Source: Desulfobacterales bacterium (GTDB lineage Bacteria; Desulfobacterota; Desulfobacteria; Desulfobacterales; UBA5852). Taken from it: a DNA stretch of 64,000 bases. Made by a program: the position numbers and the translations under genes. The stretch is taken from NCBI GenBank assembly GCA_963674755.2, contig CAXXVS010000003.1:320001-384000 (forward strand). Reading direction: 5' to 3'. The notes below the pieces were generated by a model, which saw nothing but the letters and a program-made list of their open reading frames with translations, had not been told where the DNA came from and ran no database searches. Below are positions 10,601-19,762 of this stretch, one piece after another. Each line of letters opens with the position of its first letter. The first letter of the stretch is position 1.

Positions 10601-11941
10601 TTCAGCCCGGGATACATCACCGCCCCTTTGTCCGGGGGCGCCCGGCAGATTCTCCGGGCCTCCGTTAACGGCCACGACGGGGCCGCCGCCGATAAAGGCG
10701 AGCGTCAGGCCGGCCTTTTGGAAAAATATCGCGATACCGAGTTGGCCCTGCGGCAAGCCATGTCGCAGTTTATCGTCCAGAGAGGATCATTCGCCACGGT
10801 CATCGCCGGTTATCCCTGGTTTCTGGACTGGGGGCGGGATACTTTGATCTTTTGCCGGGGGATGATCGCCGCCGGTATGACCGAAACCGCGGTCAACATC
10901 ATCCGTCAGTTTGCCGCTTTCGAGCAGGACGGCACCCTGCCGAATATGATCCGCGGCAACGACGCCAGTGACCGGGATACATCGGATGCCCCTTTATGGC
11001 TCTTCGTCGTCTGCCGGGACCTGATCCGGAAGGGTCATACCGATATCCTCGATATGCCCTGCGGCGAACGACCCCTCCGGAAGGTCTTGGCCGACCTGGC
11101 CGGGGCCCTGGTTCGGGGTACGCCCAACGGAATTGTCATGGACCATGAATCCGCGCTCCTTTTCAGCCCGGCCCATTTTACCTGGATGGACACGAACTAT
11201 CCGGCCGGTACGCCGCGGGAGGGCTACCCCATCGAAATTCAGGCCTTATGGTTCGCCGCGCTGGATTTCCTGGCGGAATACGGGGACCCGTCCGGCAGGA
11301 CGGAATGGCGCCGGCGGGCCGCGCAGGTTGAAGCCTCCATCAACCGGCTGTATTTTAATGATGACTTGGGGTATCTAGTGGATTGCTTACACGGTCCGAC
11401 CGGCCGGCCGGCTAGGGCCTGCCAGGCCGACGATGCCCTGCGACCCAACCAGCTTTTTGCGATTACCTTGGGGGCCGTTCACGATCCGGCCAAGACCGGG
11501 CGTATCGTTGCGGCGTGCGAGGCATTGATTGTGCCGGGCGCTATCCGCAGCCTGGCCGATCGGCCGGTCAAGATCCCGCTGGCCATCCACCATCAGGGGC
11601 ATCTCTTGAACGATCCCCATCGCCCCTACCAGGGCCGCTACCAGGGGGATGAGGACACCCGGCGCAAGCCCGCCTACCACAACGGTACCGCGTGGACATG
11701 GGTCTTCCCTTCCTTTTGCGAAGCGTGGGATATGGTTCACGGCGCAAGCAGGCGGGCAGCCTGTCGGGCGCTCCTGGCGACATCGGCGGCCTACATGAAT
11801 GGCGGTTGCCTGGGGCATATACCGGAAATCGTGGATGGCAGCAGCCCCCACCAGCCACGGGGCTGCGACGCCCAGGCCTGGTCGGTGAGCGAAGTCTACC
11901 GGGTGTGGCGGCGCTTGAATCACGATGCGGAAGGCGCCTGA
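7661..11941 (+). CDS. Bifunctional GH13 alpha-amylase/glucanotransferase + amylo-alpha-1,6-glucosidase (GH133) glycogen debranching-like enzyme
   Basis: N-terminal GH13 motifs (QLLPIHP, GSPYA, INHTG, GFRCDAG, LLEGL, ETHDN); C-terminal GDE_C motifs (IAGYPWFLDWGRDT, TWMD, RPNQ, YHNGTAWTW, QAWS). Confidence 0.88.
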   Translation: MPVNLQQIPDPDQRLLLSRGDTVTFTLRLPRPLKGQAWLRANIGHAATIRQEIIRQAERDENPLGRDWYDRPMSPVNDVEFRIVVPLQQVGHFEAKCYFLEDGGHPPLWPRGGNTIVNVEPATSCAANIIYNAFVRQFGPNRDGRVGPEWACEAVNELDHKQFTVIPPSGTFRDLIEHLDFIIGELGCTIIQLLPIHPTPTTYARMGRFGSPYAALSFLDVDPALARFDPAATPLEQFGELVDAVHARGARIFLDIAINHTGWAARLHGMHPEWLARDDGGRIEVPGAWGVEWADLTRLDYAHRDLWRFMANMFLTWCRRGVDGFRCDAGYMIPEPAWRYMVAKVRRQFPDTIFLLEGLGGKISVTRALLNRANFNWAYSELFQNYDRGQIESYLPGALDIACTDGLTVNFAETHDNLRLAARSQEWARLRTALCALFAPQGAFGFANGVEWFATEKINVHDSPSLNWGAVPNQVAVIRRLSDLLKHHPCFHDQTRLQLIQADGGNVAVMLRHHQPTHQRLLVVVNLDDKTPATASWLSEAAPEMPSELTDLLSGRSLTPLRQDGYVRCDLAPGEVLCLAPSETGFTPPEPETGALMAAVPRVEQQRRRAKVLDLVMHWNGGRCDGLDIDALAEELAADPLALCRRLGNAGSDPGVTRWQWPQDLHRQVMIPPGHVLLVEAPHPFQARIVLNRRVIGQETSLAGRDAGHFAFFTLGETPSNTVTVGLELFLYTPEATERSLTDMLLLTAAESMSVRTLWPRQGLPDAPLVWLGTNGRGAMSHTPVRWGVLYSRYDALLAANLNPEVPEDRWIMLTRLRAWVVFQGYSQEIRHDCLESFHYDGQNRARWRFHMPTGQGQSIRLTVSIDMPEAANAVRIAFVREPAGQVPNGLPDDLPVHLILRPDIEDRNFHATTKAYLGPETGFPAAVTPRADGFIFRPDSERQLQLSTTLGHYVHEPEWTYMVHRPLEEERGLDAASDLFSPGYITAPLSGGARQILRASVNGHDGAAADKGERQAGLLEKYRDTELALRQAMSQFIVQRGSFATVIAGYPWFLDWGRDTLIFCRGMIAAGMTETAVNIIRQFAAFEQDGTLPNMIRGNDASDRDTSDAPLWLFVVCRDLIRKGHTDILDMPCGERPLRKVLADLAGALVRGTPNGIVMDHESALLFSPAHFTWMDTNYPAGTPREGYPIEIQALWFAALDFLAEYGDPSGRTEWRRRAAQVEASINRLYFNDDLGYLVDCLHGPTGRPARACQADDALRPNQLFAITLGAVHDPAKTGRIVAACEALIVPGAIRSLADRPVKIPLAIHHQGHLLNDPHRPYQGRYQGDEDTRRKPAYHNGTAWTWVFPSFCEAWDMVHGASRRAACRALLATSAAYMNGGCLGHIPEIVDGSSPHQPRGCDAQAWSVSEVYRVWRRLNHDAEGA

Positions 11942-12024
11942 CGGCGACCGATAGCGGTCAACTTAGAAATTGAAAAACCCGCCCCCCCGGGGCGGCATAC
12001 ATATTCTTTAACGGAGACGAGTTC

Positions 12025-14571
12025 ATGCGCAACATTCAGACTTTTCAGGTGTTTCCCTTTATTCCCGAATCCCTGGCGTTCCTGGAAACCTTGACCCGGA
12101 ACCTGTGGTGGTGCTGGCAGCGGGACGCTTTCGAGCTGTTTCGCCGTATCCACCCCGGCCTGTGGCATCAATGCCAGGGCAACCCCATCCTGTTTTTTAC
12201 CCGCATCCCCCAGGAACGCCTGCAGGAACTCGCCCGGGACAAAAGCTTCATCGCCCACATGGAGCGGGTGCGCCTCCATTTCGAGTCCCAGGTCATGAGT
12301 CCGCCCTCCGAAGACGGGCCCTTTGCGCCCGAGGCGACGATCGGCTATTTTTCAATGGAATTCGGCATGCACGAAAGCGTGCCCCTTTATTCCGGCGGCC
12401 TCGGCATTCTGGCGGGCGACCACCTCAAAGCGGCTTCTGATTTGAGGCTGCCCCTGGTGGGTATCGGGCTATTTTACCGACAGGGATACTTCCGGCAGTT
12501 TTTAAACGACGATGGCTGGCAGCAGGAGACCTACCCCGAGAACGACATTTTTATGCTACCCATCGAAAGGGCCCGAACCCCCGAAGGCCAGGAAATCCTA
12601 GTGCAAGTGGACAGCCCTGACGGCCCCCTTCACGCCATGGCCTGGGAAATTCGCGTCGGCCGCATTCCCCTTTATCTGCTGGACACCAATGTTCGCGAAA
12701 ACCCCCCGGCCCTGCGGGACATCACCGCCCGGCTCTATTCGGGCGGCAGCCGGCGGCGCCTGGCCCAGGAAATCGTTCTGGGAATTGGCGGCATGCGGGT
12801 TTTGGAAAAGCTGAATCGCAATCCCCAGGTGGTTCACATGAACGAGGGACACTCGGCTTTTGCCAGTCTGGAGCGGCTCTCCCAGCTGGTGCAGTCCGAA
12901 GGTCTGGATTTGAAGACCGCCACCCAGGTGTTACCGCGCACCACCGTGTTCACTACCCACACCCCGGTGGCGGCGGGCCACGATGATTTTCCAGTGGATA
13001 TGGTCATGCCCTGCCTGAAACCTTTCGAGGAAAAACTCGGTACCCATGTGGCCGCCATCGTTCGATGGGGTCAGCCCCAGGGCGGTTCTCCCGAGACACC
13101 GCTTTCCATGTTTATTTTGGGCAAGCGCATGTCAGCCTACTGCAACGGCGTCAGTGAGCTGCACGGGGCCGTCGCCCGGCGGATGTGGCACCATCTCTGG
13201 CCCGGGATTCCCGAGGACGAGGTCCCTATCACCCACGTCACCAACGGGGTTCACATTCCCACCTGGACCTCCTCGGAAACCAGCCTGCTGTTCGAACGCT
13301 ATATCGGACCGGACTGGCACTTGGCGGTCGGGACCTCCGACAACGGTCACCGCCTGGAAGAAATGTACGACGAGGAGCTCTGGCACGCCCACGAAATCAA
13401 CCGCGCCCGTCTCATCCGAACCTGCCGACGCCGCATGGCGGACCAATACGGTCGGCGCAACGCCCCCATTACGATTATGAAGGAGATGGAGTCTGTTCTG
13501 GACCAGGACATTTTGACCATTGCCTTTGCCCGCCGGTTTGCCACTTACAAGCGGGCCAATCTTCTGCTGCAAGACCCTGATCGGTTGGAGGCCATGATCA
13601 ATTCGGAGGACCATCCCGTGCAGTTTATCTTTGCCGGCAAGGCCCATCCCCAGGACAACGAAGGCAAGGAATTGATCCGGCGCCTGGTGGAGTTCGGGCG
13701 GCGTCCCGGCATCCGGCACCGATTTATCTTTCTTGAAGACTATGACATGCAGGTCGCCCGGCGGTTTATCCAGGGGGCCGATGTCTGGCTGAACACCCCC
13801 CGCCGGCCGTTTGAAGCCTGCGGCACCTCCGGCATGAAAGCGGCCATCAACGGCGTCCTCAACGTCAGCGTTCTCGACGGGTGGTGGTGTGAAGGCTACC
13901 GGGATGACCGGGGCTGGCGTATCGGCAACGGTGAGGAATTCGAGGATGCCGACTACCAGGACCGCATCGAGGGCCAAGCCCTCTACAATGTTTTGGAAAA
14001 CGAGGTGATCCCCTGTTTTTACGATCGTGAAGCCGGTGGTCTGCCCCTGCGCTGGCTGGCCCGCATGAAGGCCTCCATGAAAATGGCCATGCAGGATTTC
14101 AGCGCCCAGCGCATGGTCAACCAATACAGCACACGCTTCTACACGCAGGCGGTACAACACTATCACGACCTCCTGGCCGATCAGGCCCGGCTGGCCGTGC
14201 AGAAAAGCCAAACCAACGAGCGCCTGACGAAGCTATGGAAGGAAATCGTCATCGATTTCCCGGTGTTGCAAACCGAGGGGACCCTGCGGGTGGGCGACCG
14301 GCTCCAGATCAACGTACTTGTCAATCTGGGTCAGATCAAGCCCGACGAAGTCGATGTGGAACTCTGCTATGGCCCACCCAAAACCGTGGACCGCTTGGAG
14401 GAAACCTATCGCAAAACCATGACCGTTCAGGAGACGCTCAGCGAAAACCGCTATCTTTACAGCTGCTCCCTGCCATGCGATGCAGCCGGTCGCTACGGGT
14501 TTACCGCACGGGTGACACCGAAGGGCGATATCTGGACACGCTATACCCCGGGACTGATCGCCTGGGCCTGA
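12025..14571 (+). CDS. glgP: Alpha-glucan (glycogen) phosphorylase
   Basis: YFSMEFG, YSGGLGILAGDHLK, HMNEGH, TNGVH, ARRFATYKRA, EACGTSGMKA (PLP lysine). Confidence 0.96.
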   Translation: MRNIQTFQVFPFIPESLAFLETLTRNLWWCWQRDAFELFRRIHPGLWHQCQGNPILFFTRIPQERLQELARDKSFIAHMERVRLHFESQVMSPPSEDGPFAPEATIGYFSMEFGMHESVPLYSGGLGILAGDHLKAASDLRLPLVGIGLFYRQGYFRQFLNDDGWQQETYPENDIFMLPIERARTPEGQEILVQVDSPDGPLHAMAWEIRVGRIPLYLLDTNVRENPPALRDITARLYSGGSRRRLAQEIVLGIGGMRVLEKLNRNPQVVHMNEGHSAFASLERLSQLVQSEGLDLKTATQVLPRTTVFTTHTPVAAGHDDFPVDMVMPCLKPFEEKLGTHVAAIVRWGQPQGGSPETPLSMFILGKRMSAYCNGVSELHGAVARRMWHHLWPGIPEDEVPITHVTNGVHIPTWTSSETSLLFERYIGPDWHLAVGTSDNGHRLEEMYDEELWHAHEINRARLIRTCRRRMADQYGRRNAPITIMKEMESVLDQDILTIAFARRFATYKRANLLLQDPDRLEAMINSEDHPVQFIFAGKAHPQDNEGKELIRRLVEFGRRPGIRHRFIFLEDYDMQVARRFIQGADVWLNTPRRPFEACGTSGMKAAINGVLNVSVLDGWWCEGYRDDRGWRIGNGEEFEDADYQDRIEGQALYNVLENEVIPCFYDREAGGLPLRWLARMKASMKMAMQDFSAQRMVNQYSTRFYTQAVQHYHDLLADQARLAVQKSQTNERLTKLWKEIVIDFPVLQTEGTLRVGDRLQINVLVNLGQIKPDEVDVELCYGPPKTVDRLEETYRKTMTVQETLSENRYLYSCSLPCDAAGRYGFTARVTPKGDIWTRYTPGLIAWA

Positions 14572-14675
14572 TGGATGAGGACGATTCGCGGCGGACCGCT
14601 TATTGAATCGGGGGTGATAGCCCCACCAAAGCCCTCGGGATCGGGGAAGGAGGAGGCCCCCAAAGGGAGATTTTT

Positions 14676-16199
14676 ATGCCAACGCCTTTAAGCAACCCCA
14701 CCGTATTGGTGGTAACCCCTGAAGTCACCTATCTGCCGGAAGGTATGGGCAACATGTCCAACCACCTGACGGCCAAAGCCGGCGGCCTGGCCGATGTATC
14801 CGCCGCTCTGATCAGTGCGTTATTCGACCAGGGCGCCGATGTGCACGTCGCCCTGCCGGACTATCGCGAAATTTTTGCCGCCCAGACGGCGCCGCTTTTA
14901 AAAAACGAATTTCGGCGCATTCGCGACAAGATGCCGGATGAACGCATCCATTTAGCCGAAGACCGCGCCTTTTTCTACATGAACACGGTCTATTCCCATT
15001 ATGGGGCGGATAACATCAAAATCGCCCTGGCGTTCCAGCGCGAAATTATCAACAACATCATGCCCCGCGTCAAACCGGACTTGATCCATTGCAATGACTG
15101 GATGACCGGTCTAATTCCGGCCGCCGCACGGGAAATGGGCATCCCCTGCCTGTTTACCGTTCATAATATCCATACCGTCAAGGCCTTGCTGGCCTACATC
15201 GAAGACCGCGGTGTCGACGCGGCCTATTTCTGGCACCACCTCTACTACGAGAACATGGCAATGGAATATGAGGAAACCCGGGATACCAATCCTGTGGATT
15301 TCCTGGTGAGCGGCATCTTCGGCGCCCATTTCGTGAATACGGTCAGTCCCACCTTTCTCAGGGAAATCGTGGATGGCCATCACCATTTTGTTGCGCCTCA
15401 TATTCGGCAGGAACTGGCCAATAAATACTATGCCGAATGCGCCACCGGGATTCTCAACGCCCCCGATCCATCTTATCGCCCCGAGACGGACGACGCCCTA
15501 GCGCAACCCTATTCCGCCAAGGATCACGCCCGCGGCAAACAAGCCAACAAGCGCTATCTGCAGCGCAGTCTAGGCCTCGTGCCGGACGACCGGGCACCGC
15601 TTTTTTTCTGGCCCCATCGCCTGGACCCGGTGCAGAAGGGCTGTCAGCTGCTGGCCGACATTCTCTACCGGGTGGTATCCCAATACTGGGATCAGCACCT
15701 GCAGATCGTTTTTGTGGCCAATGGCGACTACAAGAACATCTTCCATAATATCGTGGCCTTCCACGAACTTTACGACCGGGTGGCCGTCTGTGGGTTTGAC
15801 GAAACACTGGCCCGGGTGGCCTATGCCGCTTCCGACTTCATGCTGATGCCGTCACGCTTCGAGCCCTGCGGACTGCCCCAGATGATCGGGCCCCTTTACG
15901 GCTGTCTGCCCGTAGCCCACGATACCGGCGGAATTCATGACACCGTCGCCCATCTGTCGCCGGAAACGGATTCGGGCAACGGCTTCCTTTTCGAAACCTA
16001 CGACAGCCCTGGACTTTTCTGGGCCATGGAGCAAGCCATGCTTTTCCATGAATTGCCGGAAGAAACACGGCGTCGACAAATCCAACGCATCATGGAGGAA
16101 AGCGTCAAGACGTTCAATCACGACGTCACCGCTCGTCATTACATGCAGCTTTATGAAAAAATGCTGCATCGCCCCCTGATCGCCGAACGACCCTATTAA
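14676..16199 (+). CDS. glgA: Glycogen/starch synthase (GT5)
   Basis: KAGGLADV, HCNDW, FTVHN, NTVSPT, QKG, PSRFEPCGLPQM, TGGIHDTV. Confidence 0.9.
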   Translation: MPTPLSNPTVLVVTPEVTYLPEGMGNMSNHLTAKAGGLADVSAALISALFDQGADVHVALPDYREIFAAQTAPLLKNEFRRIRDKMPDERIHLAEDRAFFYMNTVYSHYGADNIKIALAFQREIINNIMPRVKPDLIHCNDWMTGLIPAAAREMGIPCLFTVHNIHTVKALLAYIEDRGVDAAYFWHHLYYENMAMEYEETRDTNPVDFLVSGIFGAHFVNTVSPTFLREIVDGHHHFVAPHIRQELANKYYAECATGILNAPDPSYRPETDDALAQPYSAKDHARGKQANKRYLQRSLGLVPDDRAPLFFWPHRLDPVQKGCQLLADILYRVVSQYWDQHLQIVFVANGDYKNIFHNIVAFHELYDRVAVCGFDETLARVAYAASDFMLMPSRFEPCGLPQMIGPLYGCLPVAHDTGGIHDTVAHLSPETDSGNGFLFETYDSPGLFWAMEQAMLFHELPEETRRRQIQRIMEESVKTFNHDVTARHYMQLYEKMLHRPLIAERPY

Positions 16200-16208
16200 G
16201 GTGCGCCC

Positions 16209-18248
16209 ATGAGCTCAGGACAATCCAGCGATGCCCCCATCTGGCTGAACCGCCTGCTTGCGAAAGATCCCTGGCTGGCGCCTTTTCGCGAAGGATTGGT
16301 CCGGCGGCGGCAAACCATGGAATCCGCCCGCGACAGACTTCTGGCCGACGGTGACCCCTTGCAGGAGGTGGCTCGCGACCATCACTATTTCGGCCTTCAT
16401 GCGGAAGCCGACGGGTGGGTTTTCCGGGAATGGGCCCCCAATGCCACAGCAGTCTTTCTGTTGGGGACGTTTAATGCCTGGGAGGAAAACCCGTCTTTTG
16501 CCCTCCAGCGCACGACGGCGCGGAACGGGGTCTGGGAACTTCGTCTGGCCAGGGATCAAATCGCGCACGGGGATTTGTATCGATTGCGCCTCTATTGGCC
16601 GGACGGCCAGGGGGAGCGGCTGCCAGTCTACGCCCGTCGGGTGGTCCAGGATCCCCATACCCATATCTTCAACGCTCAGGTCTGGTACCCGCCGGAACCC
16701 TATCGCTGGAACCATGCCGCACCGGCGGCGCCGGATCCGATCCTGATCTACGAAACCCATGTGGGCATGGCCCAGGAAAAACACGGTGTCGGCACCTACC
16801 GGGAATTTGCCGACCTTTTGGTGCCCCGCATCAAACGCTCCGGCTACAACACCATCCAGTTGATGGCGGTCCAGGAGCATCCCTATTATGGGTCCTTCGG
16901 CTACCAGGTGTCCAATTTTTTTGCGGCCTCCTCGCGCTTCGGCACACCGGAAGATCTCAAATACCTGGTGGACGCGGCCCATGGGGCCGGTCTGCGGGTG
17001 GTCATGGACATCGTCCATTCCCATGCCGTTTCCAACGAGGTGGAGGGCCTGAGCCGATTTGACGGAACGCTCCACCAGTACTTTCACGACGGGCCGCGGG
17101 GCCATCATGCCGCCTGGGATTCCCGCTGCTTTGACTACCACAAGGTCGAGGTGCTGCGCTTTTTGCTGTCCAACTGCCGCTTTTGGCTGGAAGAATATCG
17201 TTTTGACGGCTTCCGCTTCGACGGCATCACCAGCATGCTCTACCTGGATCACGGGCTGGGAAAAGCCTTTACCAGCTATAACGATTATTTCAGCGGGAAC
17301 GTGGATGAGGATGCCGTGGCCTACCTGACCCTGGCCAACGAGGTGGTCCAGGCCGTCAATCCCCAGGCCGTTACCATTGCCGAGGACATCAGCGGTCTGC
17401 CGGGGCTGGCCCTGCCCATCGACCAGGGAGGGGTCGGCTTCGATTACCGCTTTGCCATGGGGATCGCCGATCAGTGGATCCGGCTGACCAAGGAGGTGCC
17501 CGATGAGAACTGGCAGATCGGCAGCATCTGGCACGAACTGACCAACCGCCGGGCCCATGAAAAGTCCATCAGCTACGCCGAATGCCACGACCAGGCCCTG
17601 GTGGGGGATAAAGCCCTCATGTTCCGCCTGGCCGATGCCGCCATGTACGATCACATGCACCGGGACGATCCGGACCTGACCATGGACCGGGCCGTGGCCC
17701 TGCATAAGATGATTCGCCTGATCACCCTAGCCACGGCCGGCAACGGTTACCTGACCTTCATGGGCAATGAATTCGGCCATCCCGAATGGATCGACTTTCC
17801 CCGGGAGGGCAACAACTGGTCCTACCACTATGCCCGCCGTCAATGGCACCTGGCGGACCATCCGGATTTGAAATACGGTCTGCTGGCCGCCTTTGACCGG
17901 GCGATGCTGGAACTGGTGAAGACCCGCGCGCTCTTCCAGGATCCCTGGGCGCATCTGGTATACGAACACAACGACGACAAGATTCTGACCTTCGCCCGCC
18001 ACGACCTGCTCTTCGTTTTCGGCTTTCACCCCACCCAATCGTTCAGCGACTACAGCTTCCCCACAACTCCGGGAAAATACCGGCTGATATTCGACAGTGA
18101 TCGGCCGGCGTTCGGCGGCCATGGTCGCCTGCGATCCGACCAGGAACACCTTACCCTCCCGGAGGCCCAGGATCCCTCAGGGACCCGGTACCGGCTGCAA
18201 CTCTATATCCCCAACCGCACCGCCCAGGTGCTGCTGAAGGTGGATTGA
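16209..18248 (+). CDS. glgB: 1,4-alpha-glucan branching enzyme (GBE1/GH13_8-like)
   Basis: FREWAPNA, SFGYQVSNFFAASSRFGTPEDLK, WDSRCFDY, GFRFDGITSMLY, HDQALVGDK, FMGNEFGHPEWIDFPREGN. Confidence 0.93.
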   Translation: MSSGQSSDAPIWLNRLLAKDPWLAPFREGLVRRRQTMESARDRLLADGDPLQEVARDHHYFGLHAEADGWVFREWAPNATAVFLLGTFNAWEENPSFALQRTTARNGVWELRLARDQIAHGDLYRLRLYWPDGQGERLPVYARRVVQDPHTHIFNAQVWYPPEPYRWNHAAPAAPDPILIYETHVGMAQEKHGVGTYREFADLLVPRIKRSGYNTIQLMAVQEHPYYGSFGYQVSNFFAASSRFGTPEDLKYLVDAAHGAGLRVVMDIVHSHAVSNEVEGLSRFDGTLHQYFHDGPRGHHAAWDSRCFDYHKVEVLRFLLSNCRFWLEEYRFDGFRFDGITSMLYLDHGLGKAFTSYNDYFSGNVDEDAVAYLTLANEVVQAVNPQAVTIAEDISGLPGLALPIDQGGVGFDYRFAMGIADQWIRLTKEVPDENWQIGSIWHELTNRRAHEKSISYAECHDQALVGDKALMFRLADAAMYDHMHRDDPDLTMDRAVALHKMIRLITLATAGNGYLTFMGNEFGHPEWIDFPREGNNWSYHYARRQWHLADHPDLKYGLLAAFDRAMLELVKTRALFQDPWAHLVYEHNDDKILTFARHDLLFVFGFHPTQSFSDYSFPTTPGKYRLIFDSDRPAFGGHGRLRSDQEHLTLPEAQDPSGTRYRLQLYIPNRTAQVLLKVD

Positions 18249-18333
18249 TTCTCTATCCGCAAGTTATGGGATGGGATGAAGGAAACGGGAAGGCGTGTGC
18301 CCCATCCCCGGGGAAAGCTGCCGGGAGGGCGCT

Positions 18334-18972
18334 TCAAATCCCGTTTTTATAATGGCGATAAAAGCGCATCACCTTTTCCACGTAACGCTCGGTCTCGGGT
18401 ATGGGGGGTATGCGCTGGTAGCGGTCCACGATGGTAGGGCCGGCATTGTAGGCCGACAGGCATAGGGCCAACTGGCCCTGGTAGCGATCGTAAAGCGAGC
18501 GGAAATAGCGGGTACCGCCCATGATATTTTGGTGGGGGTCAAAGGGATCTTTGATATTTAAGGCCGGGAAGTTCTGCGGCATGATCTGCATAAGCCCGCG
18601 GGCGCCTTTCTTGGATATCGCCCGCGGATTGAAGCTGGATTCCGCCTGGATAATGGCTTTGACCAGATAAAAGTCGATGCCGTGGCGCCGGGCGGCTTCC
18701 TTGATGATGCGGTCGTAGGTGGTGGTGTCGGCCGGGGTATAGAACCGGGGTTTATGGGTGCGGATATAGAGGCGGTACTCCGGGGAGGACGGTGTATTGG
18801 TGAAATGCATCACGCCGTCGTTATCACGATACATGTAAATATCGGCGGCCGCTGGCAGGCCTGCCAGCAACAGCGTCGCCGCGAGGAGTGTGTAGAGCCC
18901 CCGCCGTATAATTGTGATTACGTCCGCTCGCATAAGCCTGCGTTTGCCTGTGGTTGAAAACCGGTTCCCCAT
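18334..18972 (-). CDS. Lytic transglycosylase (SLT domain with N-terminal DUF4124-like region and signal peptide)
   Basis: AIIQAESSFNPRAISKKGARGLMQIMP, AYNAGP, ETERYV; start may be 18933. Confidence 0.9.
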   Translation of the reverse strand: MGNRFSTTGKRRLMRADVITIIRRGLYTLLAATLLLAGLPAAADIYMYRDNDGVMHFTNTPSSPEYRLYIRTHKPRFYTPADTTTYDRIIKEAARRHGIDFYLVKAIIQAESSFNPRAISKKGARGLMQIMPQNFPALNIKDPFDPHQNIMGGTRYFRSLYDRYQGQLALCLSAYNAGPTIVDRYQRIPPIPETERYVEKVMRFYRHYKNGI

Positions 18973-19113
18973 CCAATCCCTTGCGGGCCGTCATTATTTT
19001 TTATAGGTCGTTTTTTTCAGAAACTCAAGACCTCCACTCGCGGCGGCCCTCCAGTGCATAGGATATCGGAAGCGCGCTCCCCTCGAGGCTTGCCGGGCGG
19101 GACCCTATCCGCA

Positions 19114-19141
19114 CTATCGGCGTAGCGCGGCGGGAACTTGA
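19114..19141 (-). promoter_or_regulatory. Possible sigma28 (FliA)-type promoter upstream of the lytic transglycosylase
   Basis: Minus strand TCAAGTTC-N12-GCCGATAG resembles TAAAGTTT-N11-GCCGATAA; spacer is one base long. Confidence 0.4.
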
Positions 19142-19242
19142 GCCCTTTGGCCGGGCGAGCCGGCATATGGAAGGGCCGGACGTTGAGCGCCGGAAGGGAA
19201 AACAGGGGGGCGGGATCCGTCCAACCTTTTTCGCGCCGGCGT

Positions 19243-19662
19243 TCAGTCGTTTTGGTCCGGATCCCCAGGGTCGGCCGGCGCCCATGAGCGCTGTTTCCGA
19301 ATCGCCTGATACTGCTTGAGGATGAAACGGGCGGGAAAGGCTGGAAGGGCGAGATAGGGCAGGGTATTCCGACAAAATTCATCCTGGAAGGTTTGAAGCA
19401 ATTGCGCTTTGTCTTCGCTGGGCACGAAGACGCGCTGCTTGCGGCTGACATAGGTCACGCAGGGACCCAATACCCGGCGCAGCGTTTCCAGGGCCGGGCG
19501 GTCGCCATCCAGCGCCGATAGGCTGTGGGTGTCAACCGGGATGTCGATGCGGGCTTCCAGGGCCACGATCCAGCGGTCGGCGGTTTGCGGGCGGGAGAGA
19601 TTCACCAGTTGGAGCGTCATCCCGTTAGGCAATTGACGGGTTTCAAGCGGTGTGTCGTTCAT
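19243..19662 (-). CDS. Hypothetical protein
   Basis: Clean ORF with RBS GGGAGG ~8 nt before ATG 19662; no motif recognised. Confidence 0.7.
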   Translation of the reverse strand: MNDTPLETRQLPNGMTLQLVNLSRPQTADRWIVALEARIDIPVDTHSLSALDGDRPALETLRRVLGPCVTYVSRKQRVFVPSEDKAQLLQTFQDEFCRNTLPYLALPAFPARFILKQYQAIRKQRSWAPADPGDPDQND

Positions 19663-19762
19663 CTGCAAGACCTCCCTTCAACCGGATACCGGCAATATAA
19701 TGTCTATGATGGGTAAACCGGGCGGGTACAAGGCATGGGATGATAGCTTAGCGGAAACCGCC

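Noticed and set aside
19020..19240. 6S RNA
   Set aside because: Only partial complementarity; usual zapA/ygfA context absent; cannot support without Infernal
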